DNA of 63,962 nucleotides, filler included, from Gonapodya sp. JEL0774 (Eukaryota), in the NCBI GenBank assembly GCA_027604505.1. It is 4 parts of 4 records of this genome, joined end to end, with 100 filler letters (N's around TTAATTAATTAA, not from the genome) between each part and the next. Parts side by side here need not be neighbours in the genome. Positions count along the whole stretch, not along the records: positions 17,927 to 35,732 come from JADIIX010000267.1; positions 35,833 to 53,562 come from JADIIX010000268.1; 2 more parts are not named here. The stretch is one strand, 5' to 3'. The notes below the pieces were generated by a model that had not been told where the DNA came from, did not search any database, and saw only the letters and a list, made by a program, of their open reading frames with translations. The position numbers and the translations under genes were made by a program. Below, one piece after another: positions 26,909 to 40,400 of the stretch. Each line of letters opens with the position of its first letter. Position 1 is the first letter of the stretch.

Positions 26909-29200
26909 ATGGATGTGATTTTTAATGTCGATGGATCTTTCGCTGATGGGATCCGTAGAACTCGTGCCCGCTCATACCGTAGTTCCAATAGTTATGGGAT
27001 CAACATTCCGCATTCAGGTTCTTGTTCTAGGCTTGAAATAATCGAAATGACATCAGCTCAGAACGATGAATTTGAGAAAGAATTTTCGTTAATGCTTTTT
27101 CGTTTGAGTTTGGTCCTGCTGTCATTTGGAAAAGTGAGACCCTCGATCGGTGTCGGGGTCCATCAAGCAGTCTGGACAATCTGCGAACTCTTGTCGTGTT
27201 TAAGCTGGACAATCATGTCGTCTGCTGCGCAAACGAATAATTTCGCTACGAGAGGGACTGATGAAGCTCCGGGAGATGGTGGAATACTGTCTGACTATCC
27301 ACTTTTGGACGCAGGGCTTGTCACGGTGAGCTATTGCGTTTGTAAGCCCTGTCAGCCGCGTCTTTCACTTAACTACTCTATTTTTCAAGAGCGGCGTAAT
27401 CGGAGCGGAGCTGAACATGCATTGGAGCAAGTCCGACAAGAAACGGGACCGAGTGAGCCATTTCGTGCACGCAAATTCGACGAATCAACCGCCGTTCATC
27501 CAAAAATGCTTTGTTTGGCAGGCTGAGAAGAGGAAGAGGGGGAAGGGCGGGCCTCCTGAGGTTGGGAAAGCGACGGAAAACGTTATCTTGCAGGACATCA
27601 GCCCAACCGTACGTGTTTGACTTGTCATAAGGAGCTGCAACTGGGTCCTATTATAATTCCACCTTCTTCAATTTCAATGAATTCTCCTGCTCCCTTCGCC
27701 ATCTCGTTTCAACTTAGTATATTCAGGGTGAAAAACGGCCAACCCGTGATATCACCAACAAGTCACCATTGGTCCTTGGTTCCTCAGAACAAAGCTGCGA
27801 TACGCCATCAACTGCTACTGAAAAGGCTGTTGCAGACCAGCGCGTGCGTTTTGATTGTGTTTCCTGAAACGATTGACGAATCCAGTCATGACAATCTCTG
27901 CTGACATCATCCTATGCACCATGTCCCCTTTGTTCTGGGGAAACCGTCCTTCATCACATGAACCCTGCACAGGTCTCAAATCCCGATACAACAGACCGCT
28001 CTGCACGAACCTCTGCACCTGTCCCCGACCCTCGTCCGGTAGTTGCAAAACTTCGCTTCCGACCCCTAGCCCCGTCGACGAGTGAGGCGCAGCTCGCGAA
28101 GAGCGGTGCAGGACCTTTAATTCGTGGAGCCGATGTGAGTTCAACTTGGAAGATACTGCGTAGTGATAGGTGACGTCAGGCGGCCCACCTCGTTCACCGC
28201 AATTTATTCGCCATGGATACTCGACGTTTGTTCCTCTATGTCCACGAATCTTACACTTTTCTATCTGCTCGCCAGAAGCTCAAAAGCCTCGATGGAGCTA
28301 CGGCAACATTTAAAGGAACACAGCATGAGGTCATGGCGGAAACCGAGACTTCGCATGAACAATATCCGGTAAGTGATTTTCTGCGGTACTTCGTAATTCG
28401 GATGTGTTTCAGACTTGGTGACACTGTGTTCGGGGCATCTTCTTTCATGGATCGTGTCGTAGACAAACAGCTCGACAATCGCGAAACCGCACACTACCCA
28501 AACTGCGTTGCCTAGATCAAGGACGGATATTGTTCCCTTGATCTTGGAAGATACCAGAACGGTTACAATTCAAGAGGTGAGTATTGGAGAATCCTGATTG
28601 GCAAGAGCCCAGTCCCCTTTCACATTATAGTAAACGCGCCATCTCTGCTACGGCATATCCATGTGATACCACAACCACAAATCAACCGTGATCTTACCGC
28701 ACGTGATTTTACTTACACCAAGTCGCCAACTGTGCTAGATCCGCGATCGGCCTATCCCAACAACGGCACTCTCCAAGGATTCGAGTGCGGCCACCAAGTT
28801 TGTCGAAAAACGGTGGAGAGGAGGCACTCCTTGGGTCGGAGCCATTCGGTGACGGAGTGCTGGTGCGCTGGACTTTTGAAGGATTTCGTGTCGTCTCGAA
28901 CCGAATCTCAATCTTATCTGAACTCTTCGTGCATCTCTCAATTGTCTCACATTTTAACTTCCACATTGGTACCAAAATCGACGCACTGATATCATCTTTT
29001 AATGCCTGTGACTAAAAAGTCTGTGAGCGTGACGGCAGCCGAACCTACAGTTGGAGCTGAAACTGGTCAACCAGCTGGCTCAAAGCGTGGTGAAGGTGCG
29101 ATTCTGGAATCATCATACAGCAGTCGCTTTAAGGTCATCATCGTACGTTGCCTTCCCTTGCGTTGTTACATTCACTGCATTTGTTTGTTCTGACAACGTT
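26909..29200 (+). pseudogene. Spliced coding-like region upstream of the kinase, possibly its N-terminal exons or a decayed gene
   Basis: Regular GTGAG/GTAAG donors with CAG/TAG acceptors around open exons (e.g. MDTRRLFLYVHESYTFLSARQKL). An in-frame TAG at 28513-28515 lies inside an apparent exon. Confidence 0.35.
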
Positions 29201-29259
29201 TCAACGTTCCATCTCAGAAACCCGCGCCGCTAGAAATCATGCATGTTCTTACGCTTCGA

Positions 29260-31002
29260 AAGGTGTTAAGGGGCAAGTCATACGGTGACTACCTTTTCGG
29301 AAACGTTTTGGGAGAGGGTATGTCTGGATGCGTTTCCGATGCGTACGTACAAATTGGAGATGCGGGACCTGATCTGTGAGTTTCGCATTGAAATTAAACC
29401 TGTGCACGGTATGCATATTTATGTATTTCGATGAATTTTGCAGGGACGCAACAACGTGGGCTTTGGTGGCTGTGAAACGATACAATAAGCCTGTTGATAG
29501 TCGTGGAACCCTACCAGCGGACGCAAGGGCGGAGAGAACGGTAAGTCATCATAACAGCAATGAAGGTGAAAAACTTATGTGTGAATCAATTATGTGACTT
29601 AATTCGACCGCAAGCTCCTCGAACAAATCAATCATCCAAATGTTGCGAATTACGTGACAACACTTGTCCACTCTCAGACAAGCGCAAGGTCACCGATCCC
29701 CCAGCGAATTGTGAGCCTCGTGTTTGAGTATGCGCGTATGGATCTCTCGGTAAGCCATGTGCTGATGCTCATCTTTATCTATATCTGACTGACGGTTGAC
29801 TGCCTCTCAAATAGTCCTTGATGGCCGAGTTCCAAGCAAACAAGCGGCTGATGCCACTAGCGTTCATTGAGAACTTGCTCTTTGAGCTGCTTGTTGGAAT
29901 AGGTCAAGTGCACGCACTTGGTTATATAAATGCGGTAAGTTGTGCATCATTGGACATATATGGCGCTATTCCTTTGATGGTGATTGGTGGAATGGTCTTT
30001 CATTTTCATCAAGGATATCAAACCGTCGAATATCCTAATCGGCAAATCCGGTCGAGTCAAGATCACGGATTCGGGCCTGTCACACCAGTCTCGAGCGGCT
30101 GACGGAAAGTTCAGTGTAACAGAGACTAGGCGGATTGGAACTCCTAACTATCTCCCACCCGAACTATGTGTGCCATTTGAGTCGACAGACGGAGTATTTG
30201 ACAAGACTATCGGTGAGTGGTGCATGAGGTTGTGCCCTTGATATTGTTTACTTCGATCAATATTTTGCTGACACAACTGACGCAACACATCTGTTAGACC
30301 TTTGGGCCGGCGGTATTTCTGTCCTAGAAGCAATGCTGGGATTTCACCCACTCGAGCAGCCAAGTGGAATACAAAACAAGTGGGATCGCTTGTTCAGGAA
30401 CGTTGCCAATAGGCTGACTGCGGAATCACAGGGAAGCAAAGAACTGGAATTGTTTGAGAGGGACCGACAGACATTCTTGTTGCTTGGTGAAGAGGAGGCT
30501 GATTCTTTGAGCTGGTCCACGGATCCATTTAAGGACGACTTCGTGGAGGGGTACTGGCTGTGGAAGATGGTGTGCCTCTTGGGACACCCGACTGGTGAGT
30601 TCCTTGTCATCACGTGGATAAATCACCTAGGTGGACAGAAATCTGAAAAGGAATCTTGGTCCAGATCCGTGGTGCCCCGGCTTGTTTCCACACTCTGCGA
30701 ACCCTCGTCTTAGTGGGGTGCTGGCAAATCTACCTGTCCTCGACGGCAACACGCTCCCTCTGGAGTGTTTGTTCCAATGGCGTCGTAGCCAATACTCCCC
30801 AACTGTGACAGGGACGCTCAGCTTGGATGCTATTCTCCGCGCTGCAAGTGATCCTGGAGTTGAGATGGTGCGGGATGAGGAGGATCGGTCCGCAAGCCTC
30901 TTGGATATAGTTTCCAGCATGTTGTCATGGACCCCAGAGGGCCGTGGGACCAGCGCGTGCTTGATGCAGAAAGCAAGAGAGTTGGGTTTAGCGAAACAGT
31001 GA
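29260..31002 (+). CDS. Ser/Thr protein kinase domain with atypical motifs, multi-exon, 5' end uncertain
   Basis: LGEGMSGCV, VAVKR, INHPNV, LVFEY, catalytic loop INADIKPSNIL, VKITDSGLS, GTPNYLPPE, DLWAGG and MLSWTPEGR. Stop at 31000-31002. Confidence 0.88.
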
Positions 31003-31088
31003 GGACATTCGGGAACAAGTTTGTTCAGCATTGATGTGCTTCTTATACTCTGATATTGTAGTGCCTTGCAGATCACAGCAAATTATTC

Positions 31089-32687
31089 TTACTCCCCATT
31101 CTTCAAGTTCGCCGAACTCCCTGTGCCAATACGTGACAAGATCATGGGAAACCGTAAGTCACATTCAAACACATAAATTTGGACTGTACGGTGGGTCTTT
31201 TCCAACGCAAATTCTTCTGTTGCTGCTAGTTGGCTACACAGTCCAGAAAAGACCACAACAAGCATGGCAAGGAAGCTTATCAGATCTGACAAACGACAAC
31301 GTCACGACCTCCCACATCAAGCCATCCACATTGACTTCAATAGCAAGGGTTCTCAAGAGGAAGCGAACATCTACGGAGGCTGCTGGCTGTGGAATGGCAA
31401 CCAATTTGTGAGCGACGAAGCCGTGGCTTTGTCAGTACCGCGATCGGTCGGCAATGGGTTCAGTGGTGCTGAGGTAATTTGTCCGTCCAGGAGCACTAAT
31501 TGCGTGATGCACTTGCGTTCCATTATTGAAGTTGGAGTCACAGCACAGCGCAAACTTTCTGGTTGTTTAATGGCGTTTGCTGGGGATTGCCGATAAATAT
31601 TGTTCTTTTCTATTCTGCGTTTGTTTATTCCTTATCAAAAGCAAAAATGTGGTTAGCCAGATAACGAAATGAATTGTCATTGGCCTCTCGACAGCCTGAT
31701 TGCTTGTGGATCTTCCGGATATCATGTGGGAATAAATCATTTGGATGATGACTCAATACGTAGGTGATGCGAGCATTCTGGTGTCCACACTCCACTCAAT
31801 TCTCCAACCGTAAGAGTCCAGAAGGTTGTCACACCCTATGTGTCAAACTTAATGTGTGATTCAAAAATTTTCGCGTAATCTATTGTATCAAGAGGAATCT
31901 GGGTGCCGAGAGCCCATCTGGACATTTCCGGATGACTCGGAGACTGAAACAAACGAGGTGCAAGTCAAGTACACAGCCGATTGGATCGTGCTCAGTTTGC
32001 GGTTTCATTTTCGGCAACATGAAACTGTGCAAATGTTTTGGTTGGGATTCATTGCAAAAAGGAGCAGCTTTGAGGTGACAATGTGCGTCTGGGAGCAGAA
32101 TTCTCCAGGAAGCCTTCGCAGTGAAGAGAAGAGCCAGGTAGTTCATCGTATGTATATCGTCGCTGTCTTCGACTAACTCCATGGAAAGATATGTTTTCGC
32201 AAGCTTTGTTACGAATGATGATGCAGCGATGGTGTTGAATATTCGGCGGGAGTGGAGATACTGATCAGGGAACGGGAACCCTGACTCCATCAACGAAACG
32301 GAAAGGGCCACGACATCGTCCCAAAACGGATCCAAATCTGTGAGGTCATTGATTCGATTGAGGATCTCGAGTGGCCGGTCTGGAGAGAGCCGAGAGAAGA
32401 CTGAAGTTGCCCGGATGACAAGTGAAAATTGTGTTCTTGCTTCGTCTGCCCCCACCCGAGGTCGATTCGCAGCCAAATCCTCCAATGGCGGAACTTACAG
32501 GGGAGCGGGGAAGAAATTGGCGATGTATCCGTGTCTGGGAACAGAAGGCGGAGCGGATCATCGACCGGGCAATGTTTCCTCCCACTCCCCACACGGCTCA
32601 TCGATAAAACTCACTCTCGCTCTCCATCTGTGGCTTCGTCTTCCCACCCTTTCCGATTCTGACAGGTTTGCTCGAGTGGTTTGGCAT
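31089..32687 (-). CDS. Hypothetical alpha-helical protein, divergent from RPS0
   Basis: A long protein-like ORF at 31880-32485 with flanking splice-like signals. Candidate ATG at 32687. Boundaries uncertain. Confidence 0.45.
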
Positions 32688-33104
32688 GGTGGTGATGGTG
32701 GCCACAGCCACACCACACCAGTTCGTTCCCAGCCCCAGAGTTTCGCAATACTTTTACGGACATACTTGGTGAGCAGAGCGGACGCCCCGACTCTGACGCG
32801 CGGACAAAATGGACGGAAACCTCGTGCGAAATGGACCAATTCTCGCCATGGAAAATCGACGATTTGGAAGAGATTTCGTGGTTGTTGGGTGTGCAAACGA
32901 CAGCATCCATCCATCGATTCTGGTGGAATTTCTGGCGAGAATCGGGCGAAATTCGATACAAATTTATCGAAAAATGGGCTGGAATTCATATTGAGTCGAT
33001 GTGTTCTGTTTGATGGGTCGTTTGAGTTGTTGCTGACAAGTGGACGTGTTACGTTCTGTCCCGTACAGGCATCCCGTCACCGTTACTCTTTGACGTCAGC
33101 CGCA

Positions 33105-34623
33105 ATGTCTAAGTTTCCCGCGATTCTCAACCGTGAGTATCAAATTGGGGTCGTGAGGACGGGAGCAGTTTGTTGAAACGGCACATTCACTGGCGCAAGA
33201 AGTACTGGGCCGTAATGGGAGAATCGACCAGACAAACACGAAAAGAAATTTCACCGAATAATCGATAAAAGTAAAATGAAAGGGTGCTAGTGTCTGTGGA
33301 ACTCGGGAGTGAATACGGGAGTGAGAGGTTGGTGGGACATTTGTGAGGATTCCATAAGCCCACTGGCACCACCTCTGGGTGTTCTCCTTCTAGAATGCTT
33401 GGAGACTCTGTTTCTGACCGATTTGACATTTCCTCGATGATCCTGGACACCACTGACCACCTCTTCACCCACCCTCCGACTACAGCGTCCGCTGAGGACA
33501 TTCAAATGCTCCTCGCCGCCCAGGCCCACCTCGGCACCAAGAACTGCGAGAAGCAGATGGAGCCGTACGTCTGGAAGAGGAGGACTGACGGTGAGTTTTG
33601 TTTGCCGTATCATACGAATTCATCTGGGATACCTCCTCTCACGCCTATTCATATTCATCATTGTATCATCAACCTCTTCAACTCCACCATCCTCGAAAAC
33701 CCACAAACAACCCACAAACCCGTAAACCCGTACAGGCGTCCACGTCATCAACATCATGAAGACCTGGGAGAAACTCCTCCTCGCCGCCCGCATCATCGTC
33801 TCCATCGAGAACCCCGCCGACGTGACCGTCATCTCTGCCCGCCCCTACGGCCACCGCGCCGTGCTCAAGTACGCCTCCAACACAGGTGCCACCGCCGTCG
33901 CCGGCCGATTCACCCCGGGTACTTTCACCAACTACATCACCAAGGCCTTCCGTGAGCCCCGTCTCATTGTCGTCACCGACCCGGCCACTGACCACCAGCC
34001 CATCCGCGAGTCCTCGTACGTCAACATCCCCGTCATCGCCTTTTGCGACACTGAGTCCAAGCTCAAGCACGTCGACGTGGCCATCCCCTGCAACAACCGC
34101 GGAAAACACTCTGTCGGTCTCATGTGGTGGCTCCTGGCCCGCGAGGTGCTCAGGCTCCGTGGCTCCCTGCCCAGGTCCCAGACCTGGTCCGTCATGGTCG
34201 ACATGTTCTTTTACCGCGACCCGGAGGAGCAGGACAAGGACCGGGCCGCCGAGGAGGCCAAGGAGCTCGAGGCAGCCGCACCCGTCAAGGACTTTGGTGC
34301 CGCCGCTGGCGAATGGGGTACTGCCGAAGAAGAGGTGCGTTTTTGTTCTCACGACCAAGAGCACTCGGTCTCGGTATCTGTTCTGGGTTGTGGTCGTTGC
34401 CATGGTTGTTCTGCATAAGTGTTGTAGTATTGACACCCCATCCCTCTTTCCCACCTTTCCGTCCACCTGCTACCCTTCTTACCCTCCTCTCACCCAGTGG
34501 GGCGCCTCCGCCCCCGAAGCCCCCGTCGTCACCGGCGCCGCCCCGGACACCTGGGGCGCCTCCGCTGCCACCGAGACTGGCAACTGGGGCGACTCGGCCG
34601 CCGACACGGGTGCGGCGTGGTAA
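33105..34623 (+). CDS. RPS0: 40S ribosomal protein uS2 (S0/SA), 4 coding exons
   Basis: MSKFPAILN | [18 protein letters not shown] | [19 protein letters not shown]...[11 protein letters not shown]...FREPRL...[23 protein letters not shown]...[10 protein letters not shown] | acidic W-repeat tail. Strong C-ending codon bias. Confidence 0.98.
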
Positions 34624-35453
34624 AAAGTGGATCGCCGTATCGAAAGTATGAAGTGAATGAGCTATGGGTGTGGGAGGGGCCGGGCGTCGGTGGACGGTTC
34701 ATGGCCACGGGCTGCACTGGGTTCACGCGAGATGTGGTGAGCTCGAGGCACTTCGAGGGGATGGACCTTGCTCCTGTATGTCCCGTGGTATCATTGATAG
34801 CACATATTGAAAATACAAACCGTTGGGTTTCTACGTGCGCCGCCTGAACTGTTAACAGCAAGCTGCTTCCTGTCCTTGTCCAAGACAAGCCCGATCGACA
34901 ATACACGATGCTCTCCAAGTACTGCACGACATCGGCGTCACCTAATAAGATTCTTTTAAGACTGTGTCTGTGTTCTAGAGGCGTTCATGCTGCAGAAGAG
35001 GACATTTTCGACGATTGATTGATGTTATTGTGGCACATAGTCACCAAGAGAACTGCAAAGTCAGCTGCAGTTTAGACCGCTATTACTATAGGACTTATCT
35101 CACTCTGTAGTACGAAGGAATGTTTTACGAAGATTCAGAATAATTGCTCCAATTTGTGAAGGAGTCACTGCCGGCCCGCATGAGACGCCGTGAGCTCTCG
35201 AAACGATGGACGGATATAACTATATCAATCTATTGACTAACTGATTGCATTTGGAATCCGACAGATCGGTACTGAAAGGGTTAATCCGACTTCGGTGACA
35301 CGTGAAAAACATAACACGATATGTACAACTCGCCAACTCTCCCTGACACTCATAACACGCCACATTACTCCAAAAACCATATATCACTTCTATTGATCGA
35401 GTTCCGATACGCCCATGCGCATTGCCTTTGGGCTGCTCAATAGCCGGGGGGGC

Positions 35454-35732
35454 CTATTGAAACTCCCACCACCCGCAATCCACACAGGCCCCGTCGTCCT
35501 GCGCCTTACACTCGGGAACGGGCAATGTCCACTTGAGGAGCACGTTACTGATCAACCAGGACATCCGGTGGTGGGTCACACTGAGCGACGCGATGGAGAC
35601 GGGCGTTTCGGATATTTCCTCCAAAGTGGATTCCACGTCACCACCAGCCTCAAGTGCGGCCTGCACGGACGAGCGTACCGTTGCGAGGAGATGATCTCGC
35701 CGGGTTTCAAAGTCTGCGGTAGCTTGTCGATC
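35454..35732 (-). CDS. 3' fragment of an unknown gene truncated by the contig end
   Basis: Open frame running from the gap to the stop at 35454 (...CVDCGWWEFQ*). Confidence 0.35.
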   Translation of the reverse strand, partial: DRQATADFETRRDHLLATVRSSVQAALEAGGDVESTLEEISETPVSIASLSVTHHRMSWLISNVLLKWTLPVPECKAQDDGACVDCGWWEFQ

Positions 35733-35832
35733 NNNNNNNNNNNNNNNNNNNNNNNNNNNNNNNNNNNNNNNNNNNNTTAATTAATTAANNNNNNNNNNNN
35801 NNNNNNNNNNNNNNNNNNNNNNNNNNNNNNNN
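35733..35832. other. Artificial contig linker
   Basis: N44-TTAATTAATTAA-N44. Confidence 0.97.
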
Positions 35833-36621
35833 TGTGGGGGGGTGTGTCGCCTCAGTTGGGATGGGGGTGTGCGGGTGGTTTTTGCCGCGGTGGCTCCCCC
35901 CCCCCCCCCCCCCGCCTCGGGGGGATCCCCACTTTGATGGATGCGGTGTCTCACTCCTGTCGTTTGCCCACAAGGTGGATTCGGCACTCTCCATGTACAT
36001 CAAGCACGGCCCGAACACGCCACCGAGGTATCAGGTGGACTACAGCGGTTGATGTAAGCGGGGAGATTGTGGATGGATGAAAAAGCCTCGGGTCTCTTTG
36101 AACAGGTCCGCCTGCGTTTGAGCAGGAGGAATTCTTTCTGTGATCGGATTAGGTCACTAGTCTATTTACTTGAGGTGGAGGCACCACGTCCGTTCTCCTA
36201 TCAAATAACATCGAAATAATGAATCTCCTTGGTTCAGCCCGATCCCTAATATATGATACGACCTATCACCTCACAAATGCTTCTTTATGATCACTTTGCT
36301 TCATTTTTGAATCGGTGTTGGCAATGGATGCTTCATTGCGATCTACCATTCCTTGACTCCCACCGGAGAGGTCGAGCGACGTCGCGTGACCGGCTGCCGG
36401 CACCTTATTCCTGGCAACGCTAACGGCCGCTTGCTTTGTAGGAACGACGACGCTCGTGACCGAATCCGGACTTGGCGACGGGAATGGGCTCGGACTACTG
36501 AAGTACCGGTCTGCGTCATCGCCACGATAATGCTGGTGGGAGCGCTGCTTGACACGATCAAGCTGAGTTTGTAGGAAATGCTGGATGCGAAGATGAGAAT
36601 CGTAAGCACGATTTGAGCTAA

Positions 36622-39600
36622 CTATTGCCTAGTTGGGGGAACCCTCACCGAGTTTGTGGCATCATCACCATCTACTCCTTCCATTTCCGAGCTCTCCCAA
36701 GTTTGGATTGCAAGTTTATCTCTCATGGCATCTGCTCTCACCTTAGCTTGTTCCCTTGCTGGTGAGGAACTGTTGTGTGCGACACGCAAACTGTCATCTT
36801 CTGGTTGGAACGGACTTGCTCGAATGATCTTGTTGGTTCTTGCTCCAAATCGCAACCGTTCAATCTCCCTGACAAGTCTATCTCTCTCAAGCAACGCTCT
36901 ATCAAGCTCCTCCATGATCTTTCGCTTCTCTTCCTTGCACACCTTCTCCCTCCCCACCGCCTCTCGCCACTTCCGATCTGCTTCTCTCAACCTCGCGTCA
37001 ATGTCTCTTGCCACACTTCCTGCCTCCATGGCGAGTTGCCTGTCCAACGTGCTTTGACGTCCCATTTCGTCTCGCAGTCTCGTTGCCTGCTCAAGCGCTC
37101 CCTCAGCCTCCACCCGTTTCGCCTCCGTCCGCTCAAGTTTGTCACGTAAATCTCTCGCAGCGGTCTCGTATCTCGCTCCAAGGGACGATGCCTCTGCCTC
37201 CCATCTTCTTGCTATCGCACGTTGTTGATCCATGAGTGCTTGGTATGCAGATGTTGCATCGTCTCTTGCCTTGGTTGTGTGTGCAAGCTTTTCCTCCAGT
37301 GTTCGCACCTTATCCGCGTACGACTCCAACCCCTCCTTGTTCCTTCGTCGCGCTTCTTCCCTCTCCGTCTCCCACTCTTCACGGTCTCTTGTAACCGAGG
37401 TTTCACACTCCACTGCTCGTGCCAACGCCTCCCTTTCACCTCTTTTACACTCTTCTGCCTCCATCTCTGCCCTTCTCGCCCTTTTTGTCGCCTCTTCTGC
37501 TTTGGTCTCTAAAGCGGACTTTTCACGTGACCATTTGTCTTGAGCAGCCGCAAGTTCCGAACGTGCCCGTGCAAGATCGCTGGTAGTAAGATGAAGATGA
37601 CGTGTAGCAGAAGAGAGGCGGGAGTGGAGGTCGTCAGAAGCGGGGAGTTGCGGTGATGTGATGTGAGTGCGAAGTGCGGAAAGCTCTGATGCGGCGGCAC
37701 TGACAGTCGAACAGACACTGGTAAGAATTGTTTTGTTCTTGGAATTAAATCAATGAAATGATCCATACCGCCCCTCCCTCATCGCTCTTTCCGCTTCACA
37801 TCTCACTTCGGAATAGTTCTTCTCTAGTTCCGCGATACGTTCCGACGCCGCCCGTTTCTCAGCCAGCCATTGAAGCTTGATGCTGTCACAATGGAGAGTC
37901 ACACATGGAACAAGAAACATTGAAGTGACAAATATGGTTTGTTGTTTAAGAACGCAAATGAACACAAGTGAACGATGGTTTGTGTGTCAAAAAAACAACA
38001 ACAAAACAAAAAGAAAACGAAAACTTGAAGCAACACAGGATCGCACCCACCCATCGACTTCTCTTGCCGTCCTTTCGCGAAACCCTTCAATTGCATCCTT
38101 AAGCCTCTGTCGTATCACTTCGCATTCCTTTTTCGCTGCTTGTTCTCTTATCTGCGCCTGATTTGCAGCAAACTGAGCAGCTTCAACCTTCCACAGACAA
38201 TGAACAGCCGGGTCAGCGAGTGGAACAGCGAAACCAAACCGACAGCCGGGTGTCTCACTCTTACCTTCTCCAAGCTTCGCCTTCCTTCTTCCCGAGCCTC
38301 GTCCAATTCCTCTTCTGATTCCCTCAATTTTCCACGGAGGTCTTCTACGCAAGCGAACCATTGCTGCTCTGCCCGGGCCAAGTCCGTGAGTCGGCGGTTT
38401 GCTCGGTCGATTCGGACGGTCAAATCTACAAATAGAAGAACGCGAGTCAATCTTTTGCTTCCGTCACGCGAAAATCTCATAAGCAACACTCGTTCAATTG
38501 CGTACCTGCTCTCTCCACATCCCCCTCCTTAATCTCCCGCTCCAACTTCTTCCGTTCCTCAACACCTCTACTGCACTCATCAAGCGTCTCCCGAAGACGT
38601 GATATGAGTTCCGTTCGGTCGCGTAGTGTCGATTCGAGCTTCATATGATCCAACAGAAACGGTGAGAATAGAAACCATCAAAGCTTCTACTTCGACAAAT
38701 TATAACACGTCGGGAATTCAATCAAAACTCACCTCTTCCCCTCTCTTCCTTGCTTCCTCCGCTTTCGTTCTAGCTTCCCCCTTCCATCTGTCGACTTCCG
38801 CCATCGCACGTTCATAGTTCGCCACAGTCTCGTCGAGCTCCTTCCGTGTAGCAGAGAGTCGCGCCTGTAGTGCAGCATGTGCACGTGAGAGAGTGGCAAG
38901 TTGGCGATGAGAGGCAACAAGGGCAGGTCGGAGGGACGAGACTAACATTTAAGTATGGAGAATGAAAAGGAATGTAGTGAGCGGGATTCACAATACATAT
39001 TTGGGTCCGCCAACAGCGTCCCAGCAGTCTGTAGATCCAACATGTGTAACAGAAGCGAACGACACCAGCACCAGCGACTACCGAAATACTTGACAATATC
39101 CGTTTGAGAACCCATGTGGTCCCACAACGTCATTTCGTCGTATTTGTCTGCCCTTCCAGCGGGGAATAGTCGACTGGCTTTGTACCAACAGCACCACATC
39201 TTCATACTCACCTTCCCCTTCACCCTGTTCCACCTTCTTCTCCCATTCTTCGATTTCTCCTTCCGCCTCTTCTGCCCATTTCCGCGCCTCCTGAGTCTCC
39301 TCTTCGAGCCTTTTGTTCCGTTCTTCAGCTTGTGCTACTTGATTCTCCGCGGCAGCAAGTCGAGACGTGAGAGAATTGACTTGGGAGGCGAGATGGGCGC
39401 TCGAGTGGCGAGACGTGGAGAGGTTGGTCAGGGTGAGAGTATGAGCGGACTGCAAGAAATCGCATTGTCGTGAGCGGAAAATAACATTCATCTATTAGAG
39501 GAACGAGTCTCGCGAAGGCAAAATGCCCTTTTCTCCCTCGCTGCCATGCCCTTTCTGTTGTCGGTCCTGTCTCCAGCAAGTCGTACCTTTTCGTCGTCCA

Positions 39601-40400
39601 ACTTCTTTTCCAGCTCAGCAATTTTATCATCATATGCCTTGAACAGGGGGTCGAGGTACTTTGCAGCTGCAAGCCAAGTGGACGAGGGCGAACGAGCCGA
39701 AGGCGATGTGTTGGGGGAGAGGTCGAATGCTACCTTTTCAATTGGTACGGCAGCGTGAACGGAAGGCGTAAGTGGCGGATATTTCGCTTGGTAGCGGGCG
39801 AGCTCGAGGGAGAGTCGGTGTACTTGTGGGCAGGTGAATCGGCAATGCCAGAGTTCCAGGCAGAGGAAATATGAAAAACATTAAGACAATGAGTAGACAG
39901 AAACTTTTAAATTCGCAACCCACCAGTGGTTTGTAGCGCCTGTATCTGAGCTTGCATTTGTGCAGAGTCGGAAGAAACCAAAAGCGGAGGGTGCGGCGCC
40001 AAGGTGGACAAGTCAAACAGACTCGAGAGGTTTAAACAGGGAGAATGAAAAGAGCGCGAGCAGACCGCAGATAGACACGGTGGATAAAATCGCGGAGGTG
40101 AATAGAATGCGGGTTCAGGATGTGGTGACTGAAGTGACGAGACCAACAAGGAACTCACCTCCCCCGCCTGGTGCCTCTCAATCCCTCTGTGCCGCCAGCG
40201 GCGAGACCTCCTTCCCGCAATGAACTCTCTGCAAGGTGTCTCCCTACACCAGCTGTTGTGCCTCTGCGCCAATCACTTTCTGCGTTTCCGTTGTCCCCTT
40301 CCTGCCCCCTTCTGGCCTCCGCTTCACGATTATGTTCGGGCGATTGCCGTCCAGTGAGCGAAGCTAAAACGCTCCGTTCTCGCTCTTGTCGCGTCAACAT
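36622..40400 (-). CDS. Long coiled-coil protein, SCLT1-like (centriole distal appendage), multi-exon
   Basis: About ten exons of E/R/K/A-rich heptads. N-proximal YLDPLFKAYDDKIAELEKKL and C-proximal QQRAIARRWEAEA resemble the PLxxxYD and QQxxxxRWxxE segments of SCLT1. The coiled-coil call is firm; the family call is tentative. Confidence 0.6.

Noticed and set aside
33678..34651. Long antisense and alternate-frame ORFs over RPS0; likewise 41203-42117, 55533-56357, 21520-22104 and 48290-49051
   Set aside because: Shadow ORFs caused by codon bias of the real gene.
35894..35915. Poly-C/G-rich tract as a G-quadruplex element
   Set aside because: It lies at a contig edge where homopolymer length and base quality are unreliable.
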